Assembly (NCBI GenBank): GCA_951406725.2
Contig: OX597835.1
Location: 6,324,001-6,388,000, forward strand
Source: Octopus vulgaris
Taxonomy: Eukaryota
DNA length: 64,000 nucleotides
Direction of reading: 5' to 3'
The position numbers were made by a program, and so were the translations under genes. This document shows, one piece after another, positions 12,380 to 24,286 of the stretch; the first letter of the stretch is position 1, and each line of letters opens with the position of its first letter. The notes under the pieces were generated by a model. That model made no database searches, was not told the DNA's origin, and saw only the letters and a program-made list of their open reading frames with translations.

Positions 12380-13006
12380 AAAATATATACAGGAAATTCC
12401 AGGTTAAAGGAATCAGGGTTGACTGAAGTTTATTTTACTACTGTTTGGTGGTACAATTACACAAGCTAACAAGATCGGTACTTCATCTACAACGTGAGAG
12501 AGAGTACGATCAGCCACTTAAGCTCGGGTCGCATTCTCCACCGGACCAGAAGTCCGTTCTCTGCGAACCAGCTCGATAACTAGTCCCCTTGAAGATCGAC
12601 TAGAAATGAGTGGGTTTGAAGTCAGCTTCGATAATATATTTCTTTACTACCCACAAGGGGCTAAAGACAGAGGGGACAAACAAGGACAGACAAACGGATT
12701 AAGTCAATTACATCGACCCCAGTGCGTAACTGGTACTTAATTTATCGACCCCGAAAGGATGAAAGGCAAAGTCGACCTCGGTGGAATTTGAACTCAGAAA
12801 CGCAGACGAAATACGGCTACGCATTTCGCCCGGCGTGCTAACGATTCTGCCAGCTCGTCAGCTTCGATAATAGGTTGATGGACATCGGCGACGGTGCATG
12901 CTCATGAATATGCTTGTGAGCTGATGTGAAGAGAGACAATGAGGCGTTCGTACACTGATTGTGAAGCCATTGGCGGCTGTTAAAGTTTGGCCTCGCTCTC
13001 TATAAC
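12380..13006 (-). mobile_element. Putative diverged LTR, interrupted by a SINE
   Basis: ~12545-12598 resembles 13709-13763 (ttctctgcg.accagct...ataactagtc...tgaagatc); minus strand starts TGTTA near 13006; boundaries uncertain. Confidence 0.4.
12637..12856 (-). mobile_element. SINE family B with 16-bp target-site duplication
   Basis: gtcagcttcgataata at 12621-12636 and 12857-12872. Confidence 0.85.
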
Positions 13007-13329
13007 ACACACACATATATACAACGGGCTTCTTTCAGTTTCCGTCTACCAAATCCACTCACAAGGCTTTGGTCGGTCCTAGGCTATAGTTGAGGACATC
13101 TGCTCATGGTGCCACGCAGTGCGACTGAACCCGGAACCATGTGGTTCGTAAGCAAGCTACTTACAACACAGCCACTCCTACGCTTGTTGTGGAATGTTTT
13201 TTTTTCTTCTTTTTACCACTAAATAGGAGAAAAGGAGGGACTATACAATGCATTTTAAAGTTTATCATCCGTTTTCGCGAACTGTCCGTAATCTCGAAGC
13301 AAAATAAAAATGCGACTCACCAACGGGCA

Positions 13330-13765
13330 CTAATGCCAGATTCCTGTCCATTGGTTCAGAAGCCGGGATGTTTCACGGAGTCTATTTGTAGCCGGTGGTC
13401 TAGTTAGGATGTCTAGCATCCTCGTTGCTCTATCCTCATTCAGGATTACTGTTGCGTAGGAATGTTTTGTCAGGCTCGAAGTGATCTTCTTCATGTTGAA
13501 ATACGTTTCAGCTTTTGCGAACCAGACCTCGCCCACCTTTGGCCAGAATCGTGGCAGCTTCAGTGCAAAGACGTTCTCGCTTGTCATGATTCTGTATTTT
13601 CTATTTCGGGGTCACCACTTATAACTATACATAAAAATAACTCCAAACGAATGTGTGTTGAGAGGAAGCGAATCAGTCAGCCAAGTTCTGGTTTTATTTT
13701 TCTGCCAAACCGGAAATCCTTTCTCTGCGGACCAGCTTTTATAACTAGTCTGCAGTGAAGATCTT
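13330..13765 (-). mobile_element. Degenerate Gypsy-like LTR retrotransposon: partial 5' LTR, tRNA-Trp PBS, gag N-terminus
   Basis: Minus-strand TATAAAAG (~13740) and AATAAA (~13695); PBS TGGTGACCCCGA (13606-13617) complementary to the tRNA-Trp 3' end; ORF KLPRFWPKVGEVWFAKAETYF..KKITSSLTK..Y resembles a DUF7041-type gag. Confidence 0.75.
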
Positions 13766-14422
13766 TACTCTTTACTCTTTTACTTGTTTCATTTGACTGT
13801 GGCCATGCTGGAGCACCGCCTTTATTCGAACAAATCGACCCCAGCACTTATTCTTTGTAAGCCTAGTACTTATTCTATCGATCTCTTTTGCCGGACCGCT
13901 AAGTTACGGGGGACGTAAACAAACCAGCATCGGTTGTCAAGCAATGTTGGGGGGGGGGGGCAAACACACACAACTGGTACTTGGACGTAAACAAACCAGC
14001 ATCGGTTGTCAAGCAATGTTGGTGGGGGGCAAACACTCGTCGCCACACACACACATATATATATACACATATACATGTATACGACGGGCACTCTTGTGTA
14101 GGTATGCCTAAATTTTATGGAGACGTCGTCGGAATTTGAACTCAGAACGTAAAGACCCGAATTGGAACCAGTCCATTAAAATAAAAAAAAAAAACCCTAA
14201 AGACCGACGAGGGACGGCTAAGCATTTGTACCCGAAATGCTAACGATTCTGTCTCATAAGAAAAAAATAAATAAATAAACCCCGGGCCTTTTTATAATTG
14301 TAATTGCTAGTTATCCCCCCTTGTTTTGCCACGCTCTCTACGATCTTCCCTCACAACGCACGTGTTATGTACATTTCCCTTTAAATGGTTTGTCTTGTTT
14401 CAGGACAACAGAAACTGGCAAA

Positions 14423-14464
14423 ATGGGAAAATCTTCGCGACATCAGGGTGAAAACAAATATAAA
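14423..14464 (+). CDS. UTP20: UTP20 coding exon 1
   Basis: MGKSSRHQGENKYK|gtaagt. Confidence 0.85.
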
Positions 14465-17400
14465 GTAAGTTTTATCAATTTCCGAACACCGAATCTATCA
14501 ACCGTCTATTGCTGTTCATAAAAAATCTAAGTTATAATTAAGTAATTAATAGATCTTCAACGATACTTAATTATAGTGCTCGTTTCTGATCTGCTAGAAA
14601 TAACAGCGACGTACTTTACTGTTCTGAAACAAAAAAAAAAAAGAAGGATATATTCGATAATATTATCTGAGGTAAACTATCCCTGAAAGGACGGGATTGT
14701 CACGGGTGGAGGGCCTTTGAACATAGGTCTACTCAGTCGGGGCTGACCGGTCGCTAAACGTCAACAAGGCATGCTCTTTTAGATTCGTCAAGATTTAGTT
14801 AATTAGTTATTTTATTATTGACAGTCATCATCGGCGTAATTGTCCATTAATTATATGTGTAGTTATTATTAAAGAACGATCAGTCCAATGGATCGTAGTT
14901 CGTTACTGGTATATTCAGAATTTAGGCCCATACCTACACACGTCTCACAATTACAAAATAAAACTTGAAACTTTGAAAAATATGATGTGATATGTGTCAG
15001 TGTGTACGCTCTCACCACATTACATTCCGATATAACCGTAATCTACATAATCCGAAAGCTATTTACAGAAATTTTCACTTTAAAATATCCGTTTTTCTGA
15101 ATGTTATGGGGGGAAACAAATTCGGAGGATACACATGTGAAGATACACCGTGTAACCGATCACAGTCCATTACTGGTATTCAAACTATACAGCAGGAATT
15201 CTTGACCATTTTTTTAATAAACGTACTCCTTTGATTACTGTTTTATTCTGGTGCCCCCCCCCCCAAGGTATTCGTTGTTTAAAAACTACCTTTATAGAAA
15301 CTAATTACAAAATTCATATTTTGTTTTTCACACATCAACTTGTGTAGATTGGATTATGTAAAATATTAGAGAAAGAAACCCAGCTGTTTCTTGCAATACA
15401 TACCAATGCATACATCTGAAGCAAGGGACCCTTAAAATAGTTGTGGATCCCCAATTTACTGTTTGGTTGTGTGGACCCCAGAAATCTTATATGGATCCCG
15501 GTTGAGAACCATTCGTTTGGATCTAGGGCGGAATTCTGGTTAAAGCACCCCCATATAACGCCTCGTAACTTCTTTATTTTTCGGAATTTTCAGAAACTTC
15601 TTTTTTGCGAATTTGTGTACTACACACGGGAATTCATACGATTAAGCAAAAAAAAAACAATTTTTTTTATGGGTGATTTAGCTGTTTTTAGCACACCTCA
15701 CGACCACCTGATATGTTCATCTTTTCTTTATTACTCTGGCATGTATTGATGTATTTCAATATTTTTCTCCCCGTAAACACATTTAATAGAATGATGATGC
15801 ACTCAAGAGTGGCCCTTTGGTGGGATTTAAGTGAAAAAATTCAGACTTTTAATTTCAGTAGTAATATATTAACAAAACTGTCCATTCATCTCTGACCTAT
15901 CTCTTTGTTTTTAGTTCAAGAAGTTTTCTGATCGTGTTGCTGCAGTAAAGATCGATGTTGTTCATAAGATACGACAACCAACAGAAGACAGTGAGGTAAG
16001 AATATTTTCATCTTTGGATTTCACACATCAGCATTACCACAGAAACGTTGTGATTACAGTTTTTGTAAATCTGTTCTGTTCTTATATAGGTGCAGGAGTG
16101 GCTGTGTGGTAAGTAGCTTGTCTACCAACCACATGGTTCTGGGTTCAGTCCCACTGCGTGGCACCTTGGGCAAGTGTCTTCTACTATAGCCTCGGGCTGA
16201 CCAAAGCCTTGTGAATGGATTTGGTAGACAGAAACTGAAAGAAGCCCATCGTAAATATATGTTTGCGTTTGTGTGTCTGTGGTTTCCCCCTAGCATTGCT
16301 TGACAACCGATGCTGGTGTGTTTATGTCCCCATTACTTAGCGGTTCGGCGAAAGAGACCGATAGAATAAGTACTGGGCTTACAAAAGAATAAGTCCCAGT
16401 GTCAAGTTGCTCGTTTAAAGGCGGTGCTCCAGCATGGCCGCAGTCAAATGACTGAAACAAGTAAAAGAGTAAAGAGTATATCCTCTTGATTAAACTGTAT
16501 GGAGTGCAATGTTACCTGGTAGTGAGGTGTGCACCCTGAATGCAGAGGACATACTCTGCTGGATGTGTGATGTCAGTGTCTGTGTGTGTGATGGGGCATT
16601 GGTGTATTGAGGGAGAAGTTGGGCATAAGAGGGATTATATGCAGTGTGCAAGAGGGGAGACTGCGCTGGTTTGATCATGGGATGCAAAAAAAGTGCTGAT
16701 TACTTGGAGGGAAGTTGTGAAAGAGGGGGACCCAAGAAGACATGGGACAAAGTTTTGAAGGTTCATCTCAAAATGCTGAGCCTTACAAAGGAGGTGACTG
16801 AGGACTGAGATAAGTGGTGCATTGGAATGAACCCAAAACCCTGTGGTTTGAAGCAGACTTTCTAACCACACATTCATACCTGCACCTTTATTTATATGCT
16901 TATTATTATTATCTTCTTTTTTTCTTCAGGATTATGAAACATATTTTCAGGCTGCCCTCATTAAATGGACTTCCCTTAATCATACAAATGACTACAGTAA
17001 GTGTTTTACCAATTCTGCGACACCCCCACTTCACATTGAATGAACTGCTCTCGACCATCCAAATTACTATAGTATTTTAGCTATGTTGTTACACCTCCTC
17101 ATTGAATGGACTGCTCTAAACCATATAATTGACAACTGTATTTCAGTCATTCTGTTAACCCCTCCTCATTAAAATGGACTGATCTCAACTAGCCAAAGGA
17201 CAACAGAGTATATATTAGTTTGAACACTCATTAAATGGACTACTCAAGGTGGTGAGGTGGCAGAAACATTAGCACACTGGACGAAATGCTTAGCGGTATT
17301 TTGTCTGCTGTTACGTTCTGAGTTCAACTTCCGCTGAGGTCGACTTTGCCTTTCATCCTTTCGGGGTTGATTAGATAAGTACCAGTTATGCACTGGGGTC

Positions 17401-20400
17401 GATGTAATCGACTTAATCCGTTTGTCTGTCCTTGTTTGTCCTCTGTGTTTAACCTCTTGTGGGTAGTAAAGAAATTGGTATTTCTTCTGCCACTATGTTC
17501 TGAGTTCAAATTCCACCGAGGTCGACTTTGCCTGTTGTACTTTCAAGGTTGATAAATTAAGTACCAGTTGCGTGCTGGGATCGATCTAATTGACTGCCAG
17601 CTCCTGTGGCACGTAAAAAGGATCCACTACACTCTCGGAGTGGTTGGCATTAAGAAGGGCATCCAGCTATAGAAGCACTGCCAGATCAGATTGGGGCCTG
17701 GTGCAGCCTCCTGGCTTCCCAGACCCCTGTCGAACCGTCCGACCCATGCCAGCATGGAAAACGGACGTTAAACGATGATGATATCATTGAAATCTCAAAG
17801 CTCTGAGATAATGCATGATTAATTCAACACAATATGAATAAATAAGCATTTCTTGTGACAGGGTAATCTGATTGTTAAAAAAGTAAACCAGGAAGTTTGT
17901 ATTGTAGGATCTAAGGCGGAGATGGATATTAAAGGGATTAAGAGATCCCTGGGGTAACGAAGAATATGTCTGTGGTTTTGAAGTTTCCTTTTTACAATGT
18001 ATTTATGCAAATAATAAATCTCTGAGCGAGATGTAAACAGTAAGCGCTCGACAACGTAAAGTATACTAGCCATCTCAATATGACCAACCACTAAGGGTGG
18101 GTGTTACTGTAGCTTTTTAGCCCCAGGAGATCATCGTCTCCAGCTGGCTTTAGACACAATTTCTGTGCACTTATGATATTTGCAAAGGGAGGTCATCCCC
18201 TCTCGAAAACCTAAGTGATACGCATGGACTGCAGTTTCGAGATTATTGTCTCTTGTCAACACACACTAATCACCGTTTTTTTCTTATTTTCAGAGACTTT
18301 TGTGGCAGACATTGCTAGCCAGTCGAGAACATTTGTTCAACTTGTTCATCACGAAGTAAGATGTATTTTGTTACTATATGTTTACATGTGTATGTGGGCA
18401 TTTACAACTTTGCATGGACACATATTTGTGTTACTATATTGTTTTTTTTTTACATATTTTTATGTTGCTACATGTCTAACACTGTAAATTGCTGCCTCTC
18501 GTATATCTACATGTTTATGTTTACAATGCTACATGTCAACATCTCTACAACTTCCCGTGTTTCATTGCCAAATGTTTGCATTGCTATATCTTTAGTATTT
18601 GCATTGCTACATGCCGTATGGGAAGATGAATGGAGGTATGACGTGTCATCACTAGTGATCACTCCAAACACCATGGTGTTGACTGGATGTTTGATTTTTA
18701 TCACTCTCAGTACATGTCCTCAGATTGACACCCAAACACTCTGAAATGTTTCTATTGGAGTTTCTGGCATGAATGCCAAGCAGTACAGCATGTCACTTCC
18801 AAATTTCTGGCAGGGTGAATTGCATAATGGTGCTGTTTTTCTCACAGACGGTGCCCAACTGACCCTACTATACTGTGTAGTTGACAAAATCAAAAACAAA
18901 CAATTTCACATGTGTGAAATTAAAAATATAAAATAGCAACAATTTACCTTGTCACACCCTTTTTTGGTTGATGTTTAACATCATTCCTGGAATAACCAAG
19001 AAATTTGAATTCGCAGTTAAAGGGTTAACCCTTTAGCATTTAAACCAGCTCAAATGGGTTACCTGTTTTATGTTCAATTTTATATTGACACTGGCCAGAT
19101 CCAGCCTATCAAACCTACCCTTCAATGCCATTCTAAAAATATAAAAATCACATTGAAATTTCAAAGCTATGAGATAATGCATGATTTATATAAAAACAAT
19201 ATGAAAGATAAAGCATTACATTGTGATAGAATAATCCGATTGCTAAACGGTTAAACTTATGGCACCACTCAAAGACTTCTGTTTTTTACCTATTTTTCAG
19301 GACCAGATTGTGGCCACCTTGATAAAGCATCTCTCAGTTCCAGACAGTATGGCATATGAAGCTCTTCTGGAGTAAGTTTTTTTTTGACATTTTTTCCTTC
19401 ATGTTTTAGTCTTCCAATTACCATTTTTTGGCATTTCTTCTGCTGCCAATTCTAGTTTTCATATTAAAAAACCAAATTATTAAATTGTTTTGCGTTATTT
19501 CATCAGTTTTTTTTTTGGCGGGGGGTTGCTCAGACACCATGAGACGTTTTCAGCTCCCATGGGAAACCTGGCATGTACATACATACATACATACACGCAC
19601 AAACACACATCCACACACACACACAATCACAAAGTATCAACGAGGCTATTACATGTTGTTATATATCACTGGTCACAATGCGCTTTGCATTGTTTTATCT
19701 TTCAAATGATGTTACTCCATGCCAGTATGAAAAGCAGGTACTAAAGTGTAACCTCTCGAAAGAGCTGTTCTTCACTCCTGCTCCAGAGCATCGGCTGAGG
19801 GGTCATTCCGAAAAGCTCTATATGCGACGATTTCATCTCAATCGAAGGAGAGGGGCTTTCTCCATCCGGGTTGATCCAGACAAGATGGTGAGGATGCTGA
19901 CGACCGCTCGGTTCAAAGTCTCCCTTGACCACAAGTGGCCTGAACTCTTTACATGAACACCACCCTGTACATAACTCCATGTCCCCCTACATGGCCTTGC
20001 TTTTTGCTTTTTGAACCAAAAAATTAACTAACTAACTAACTAAATGATGATGATTGTGTGTGTGTGTGTGTCTGTATATAACATCATCATCATCATCATT
20101 ATTTAATGTCTGCTTACCATGCTGGCATGAGTTGTATGGCTTGACAAGGAACTGATGCGCTGCAGGGTTACATCAAGATGCAGTATCTTGCTTTGGTACG
20201 GTCTCTACAGCCTGATGCCGTCCTTCCTAATGCCTATCACTCTACAGAGTGTACTTGATGCTTTTTTTCGTGAAGTTTCTGTGTAAAGGAAAAGGGAAAA
20301 GTTCCCCCTACTAAGAGAAGGTGGAGGTGTGGGTGGCTGTGGGCCAGGTGTGGAAAGGTTAAGGACATGGATATTGTGTCGTATAAGTACCTAGAAACGA

Positions 20401-23400
20401 TGTTTCTTGGGGGCTAAAGCAACAGTGACATTATCCCTTCTAGGATGGCTACATTATCAGAAAGGCTAAAGTATGATAGAAGGACAAGCACAGATGTGTT
20501 GTTGTGGAGGAGATGCTTGGCTGAAGGAGATAAAAGGAAGGAAGGTAGTGATGGGGTGTTAGAGCAAACTGTGAACAAGAGGTGGGGGGGGACATGGATG
20601 AACGAAAGAATGAATGCTATTGAATTGTAATATTGGTGTATTGAACTGTATATAATATTGACGTTGTGACTTTGTTCTTTCTTCCGTTCCAGTTTGGTGG
20701 TCCAACTTGCCAAAGATCTTCAGCATGATTTCTACAAACACTTCCACAGTGTGTTCAACGTGATGATTGATTTACTCAAAACACATCCACGAAATGTGCC
20801 TCTTCTTGAAATGATCTTCACCTGTCTTTCATATTTATTCAAATTCCTCTGGCGTTATATGGCGAAGGACATCAAAACAGTTTTTGGGTAAGAAACAAAT
20901 CCATTCATTTCATCATCGTCATCATCTAATGTCTGTTCTCCATGCTGGTATGAGTTGGACAGTTTGACAGGAGCTGTCAAACTGTATGAGTTGGGCAATT
21001 TGACAGGAGCTGTCAAACTGTATGGGTTAGACAGTTTGACAGAAGCTGTCAAACTGTATGGGTTGGACAGTTTGACAGGAGCTGTCAAACTGTATGGGTT
21101 GGACAGTTTGACAGGAGCGGTCAAACTGTATGGGTTGGACAGTTTGACAGGACCTGTCAAACTGTATGGGTTGGACAGTTTGACAGGACCTGTCAAACTG
21201 TATGGGTTGGACAGTTTGACAGAAGCTGTCAAACTGTATGGGTTGGACAGTTTGACAGGAGCTGTCAAACTGTATGAGTTGGACAGTTTGACAGGAGCTG
21301 TCAAATCATATGGGTTGGACAGTTTGACAGGATCTGGTCAGCTGGAGCTACAGTTGTCTGTTTCGGCAAGGTTTCTATGGCTAAATGCCCTTCCTAACAC
21401 CAACCATACCACAGAGTGTACTGGGTGCTTTTTACCTGGCACCAGCACCAAATACCATATTTTTTCCATGTTGCTCCCACAATGCAATTCTTCAAAGGAA
21501 TTTGGCATTGGTGCAGGTGCTTTTATGTGGCACCACCACAAGTGCTTTTCACGCGACACTGGCACTTTTTATATTTGAAAAGATTAAAAGAAAACCAAAC
21601 AAATATTTTTTGTGTTATTCTGAGTGGGAGAAAGCCGCCTCCATAGTTCTTGTAGCAACATCTTTGAGATTGGTAGAGAGAACAAGATCTTGTCATTCTC
21701 AGATTCTCCAAACCAGATCCTAAGCTCCATGCGGCTCCGGCAGAAGGTAATGGCAAACCTCTGCTGACTCTTTTGCCTCAACTTTCTCTCATGCTTTCCT
21801 CTTGCATCTTGCAGCTCACCTGTGACGGACCGGCGTCCCGTCCAGGTGGGTAACCTATACGCCATGGGAACCGGGGAAACCGGCCCTTATGAGCCAGGCG
21901 TGGCTCAAGAAGGAACAAACAACGCACATATATGAAATGATGTTCATGGCTGCACATTCAATACAGTCGTAGAAATTAAGTAAAAAACCAAAAGCGGTCA
22001 CTGATGACCGCTCGGTACTTCTAGTATCAATGTGGCCCCAACAGGAGTGCATTTTTGGCGACACCAGCCCTGGTACCAATTCTGCTGTGGCGGATGGGTC
22101 TTCTTGAGTACAATTGTGTTGGTAACCAGTGTTTGCTATGTTGTTGTGTTATGCATGGTTCTAGCCAAGATTTGAACCTGTGACTCTTCTTTTCCATATG
22201 TTCTTCATCTTCTTCTATCTCTCCTTTACTCTACCACCAGCTACTATTCGCCAATACTTGATGCCAACAACAGACCTTACATCCGGAGATTTGCTGCTGA
22301 AAGTTTTGGTTTTCTTATCAGAAAGGTAAATAATTCATTTCTGCCTCTTCACTCTCAAATTGTGTGCGTGTGTGCACGTGCTGTTTGCGTTGTGTTGTTC
22401 CCAGCTGGAAGATACCTATTTCTTTACTACCCACAAGGGACTAACACAGAGAGGACAAACAAGGACAGATACAAGGATTAACCCTTTAGCATTTAAACCG
22501 GCCATATCCGGCCAAAAGTACTCTGCCTGTTTTATATTCAAACTGGCCATATCTGGTCTCTCACACCAACCCTACAATATTGTTTTCAAAATTAACAGCT
22601 ACCTCATTAAAATCTCATGGCTACAAGATTAATGAATGATTAGTTCAAAACAATGTGGATGAAAAAGCATTAATTTTGGCAGAATAATGCGAACACTAAA
22701 GGGTTAAGTCAATTAAATCGACCCCAGTGCATAACTGGTACTTATTTTATCGACCCCGAAAGGATGAAAGGCAAAGTCGACCTCGACGGAATTTGAACTC
22801 AGAACATAACGGCAGACAAAATACCTATTTCTTTACTACCCACAAGGGGCTAAACACAGAGAGGACAAACAAGAACAGATACAAGGATTAAGTCAATTAA
22901 ATCGACCCCAGTGCGTAACTGGTACTTATTTTATCGACCCTGAAAGGATGAAAGGCGAAGTCGACCTCAACGGAATTTGAGCTCAGAACATAACGGCAGA
23001 CTAAATACCTATTTCTTTACTACCCTCAAGGGGCTAAACACAGAGAGGACAAACAAGGACAGATACAAGGATTAAGTCAATTAAATCCACCCCAGTGCGT
23101 AACTGGTACTTATTTTATCGACCCCGAAAGGATGAAAGGCAAAGTCGACCTCGGTGGAATTTGAACTCAGAACGTAGCAGCATTCGGAATACCTATTTCT
23201 TTACTACCCACAAGGGGCTAAACACAGAGAGGACAAACAAGGACAGATACAAGGATTAAGTCAATTAAATCCACCCCAGTGCGTAACTGGTACTTGTTTT
23301 ATCAACCCCGAAAAGAATGAAAGGCAAAGTCGACCTCAGCGGAATTTGAACTCAGAACATAACGGCAGACGAAATACGGCTACACATTTTGCGCCCGGTG

Positions 23401-24238
23401 TGCTAACGTTTCTGCCAGCTTGCCACCCAGCTGGACGATACTACTGGCTCACTCCCTATCCACGAAGCATGTATCCACTGACCAATTACATCCAGCAGCA
23501 GAGACAACTTACCATCAACATTTTACATACTTCAACCTACACAAGTTGATGTAAGAAAAACAAAGCAGGAATTTTGAAAGAAATTTTTTCTGTAAAACTA
23601 GTTTCTAAAACCATTGAATTGCTCTGGGGGTCCACCAGAATAAAAGAGTACTCAAAGGCGTCCAAATGGTTGAGAACCCCTGGTTTAAATGTTAAATGGT
23701 TAATCCCCACCCTGCCACAGAGACAGCCTGTGTGCCGGTCTCCTTCATACCTGACCTTGATTATTTAATATATTTTCTGTTTTGCAGGTAAAAGACCCAG
23801 ATCGTGTGTTAGACTTAATCTTTGAAAGTTTCAATCATCGCAGTCAGGTAAGTGTGGAATTCTTGGATCTTGCTTTCTTGTTTCTGACAATCATAACTGC
23901 CTCAGTTAGATTGAGCTTTCAGCATGGAAATGGAAGCAGTCACATCGAATTGATTTTATTATTATAATCTACTTGAAAATATAGCCACAAAACACGCATA
24001 GTCTTTTTACTATTGTTTACTATTTATTGTTTATGTACTTTATTGATTTTTAGAATAAGGTTTTCTTTTAATAGTATATGTTTTCTATATGGTGTGAATA
24101 ACGTCTTTTACTATTAAATTGCTTAATAGAGGTTTTTCTCTAAATTATATCCATATATCATATTTTGTAAAATTTGATTAGAATTGCTAAATTGAATTTT
24201 TCCCTGTAAGTTTGGAATTATATTCCCTATTATTATTA

Positions 24239-24286
<48 letters not shown>

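Noticed and set aside
14390-14404. Acceptor-like sequence implying a non-coding UTP20 first exon
   Set aside because: No convincing upstream donor or exon can be identified without transcript data
18168-18217. Hammerhead-like fold cactta...gggagg/cctctc-gaaa...taagtg
   Set aside because: No CUGANGA box and only a single copy; too weak to call
20948-21332. CRISPR-like array of 36-bp palindromic repeats, and the 207-aa and 149-aa ORFs across it
   Set aside because: No unique spacers, no cas genes, and a eukaryotic intron; the ORFs result from a stop-free unit whose length is a multiple of 3
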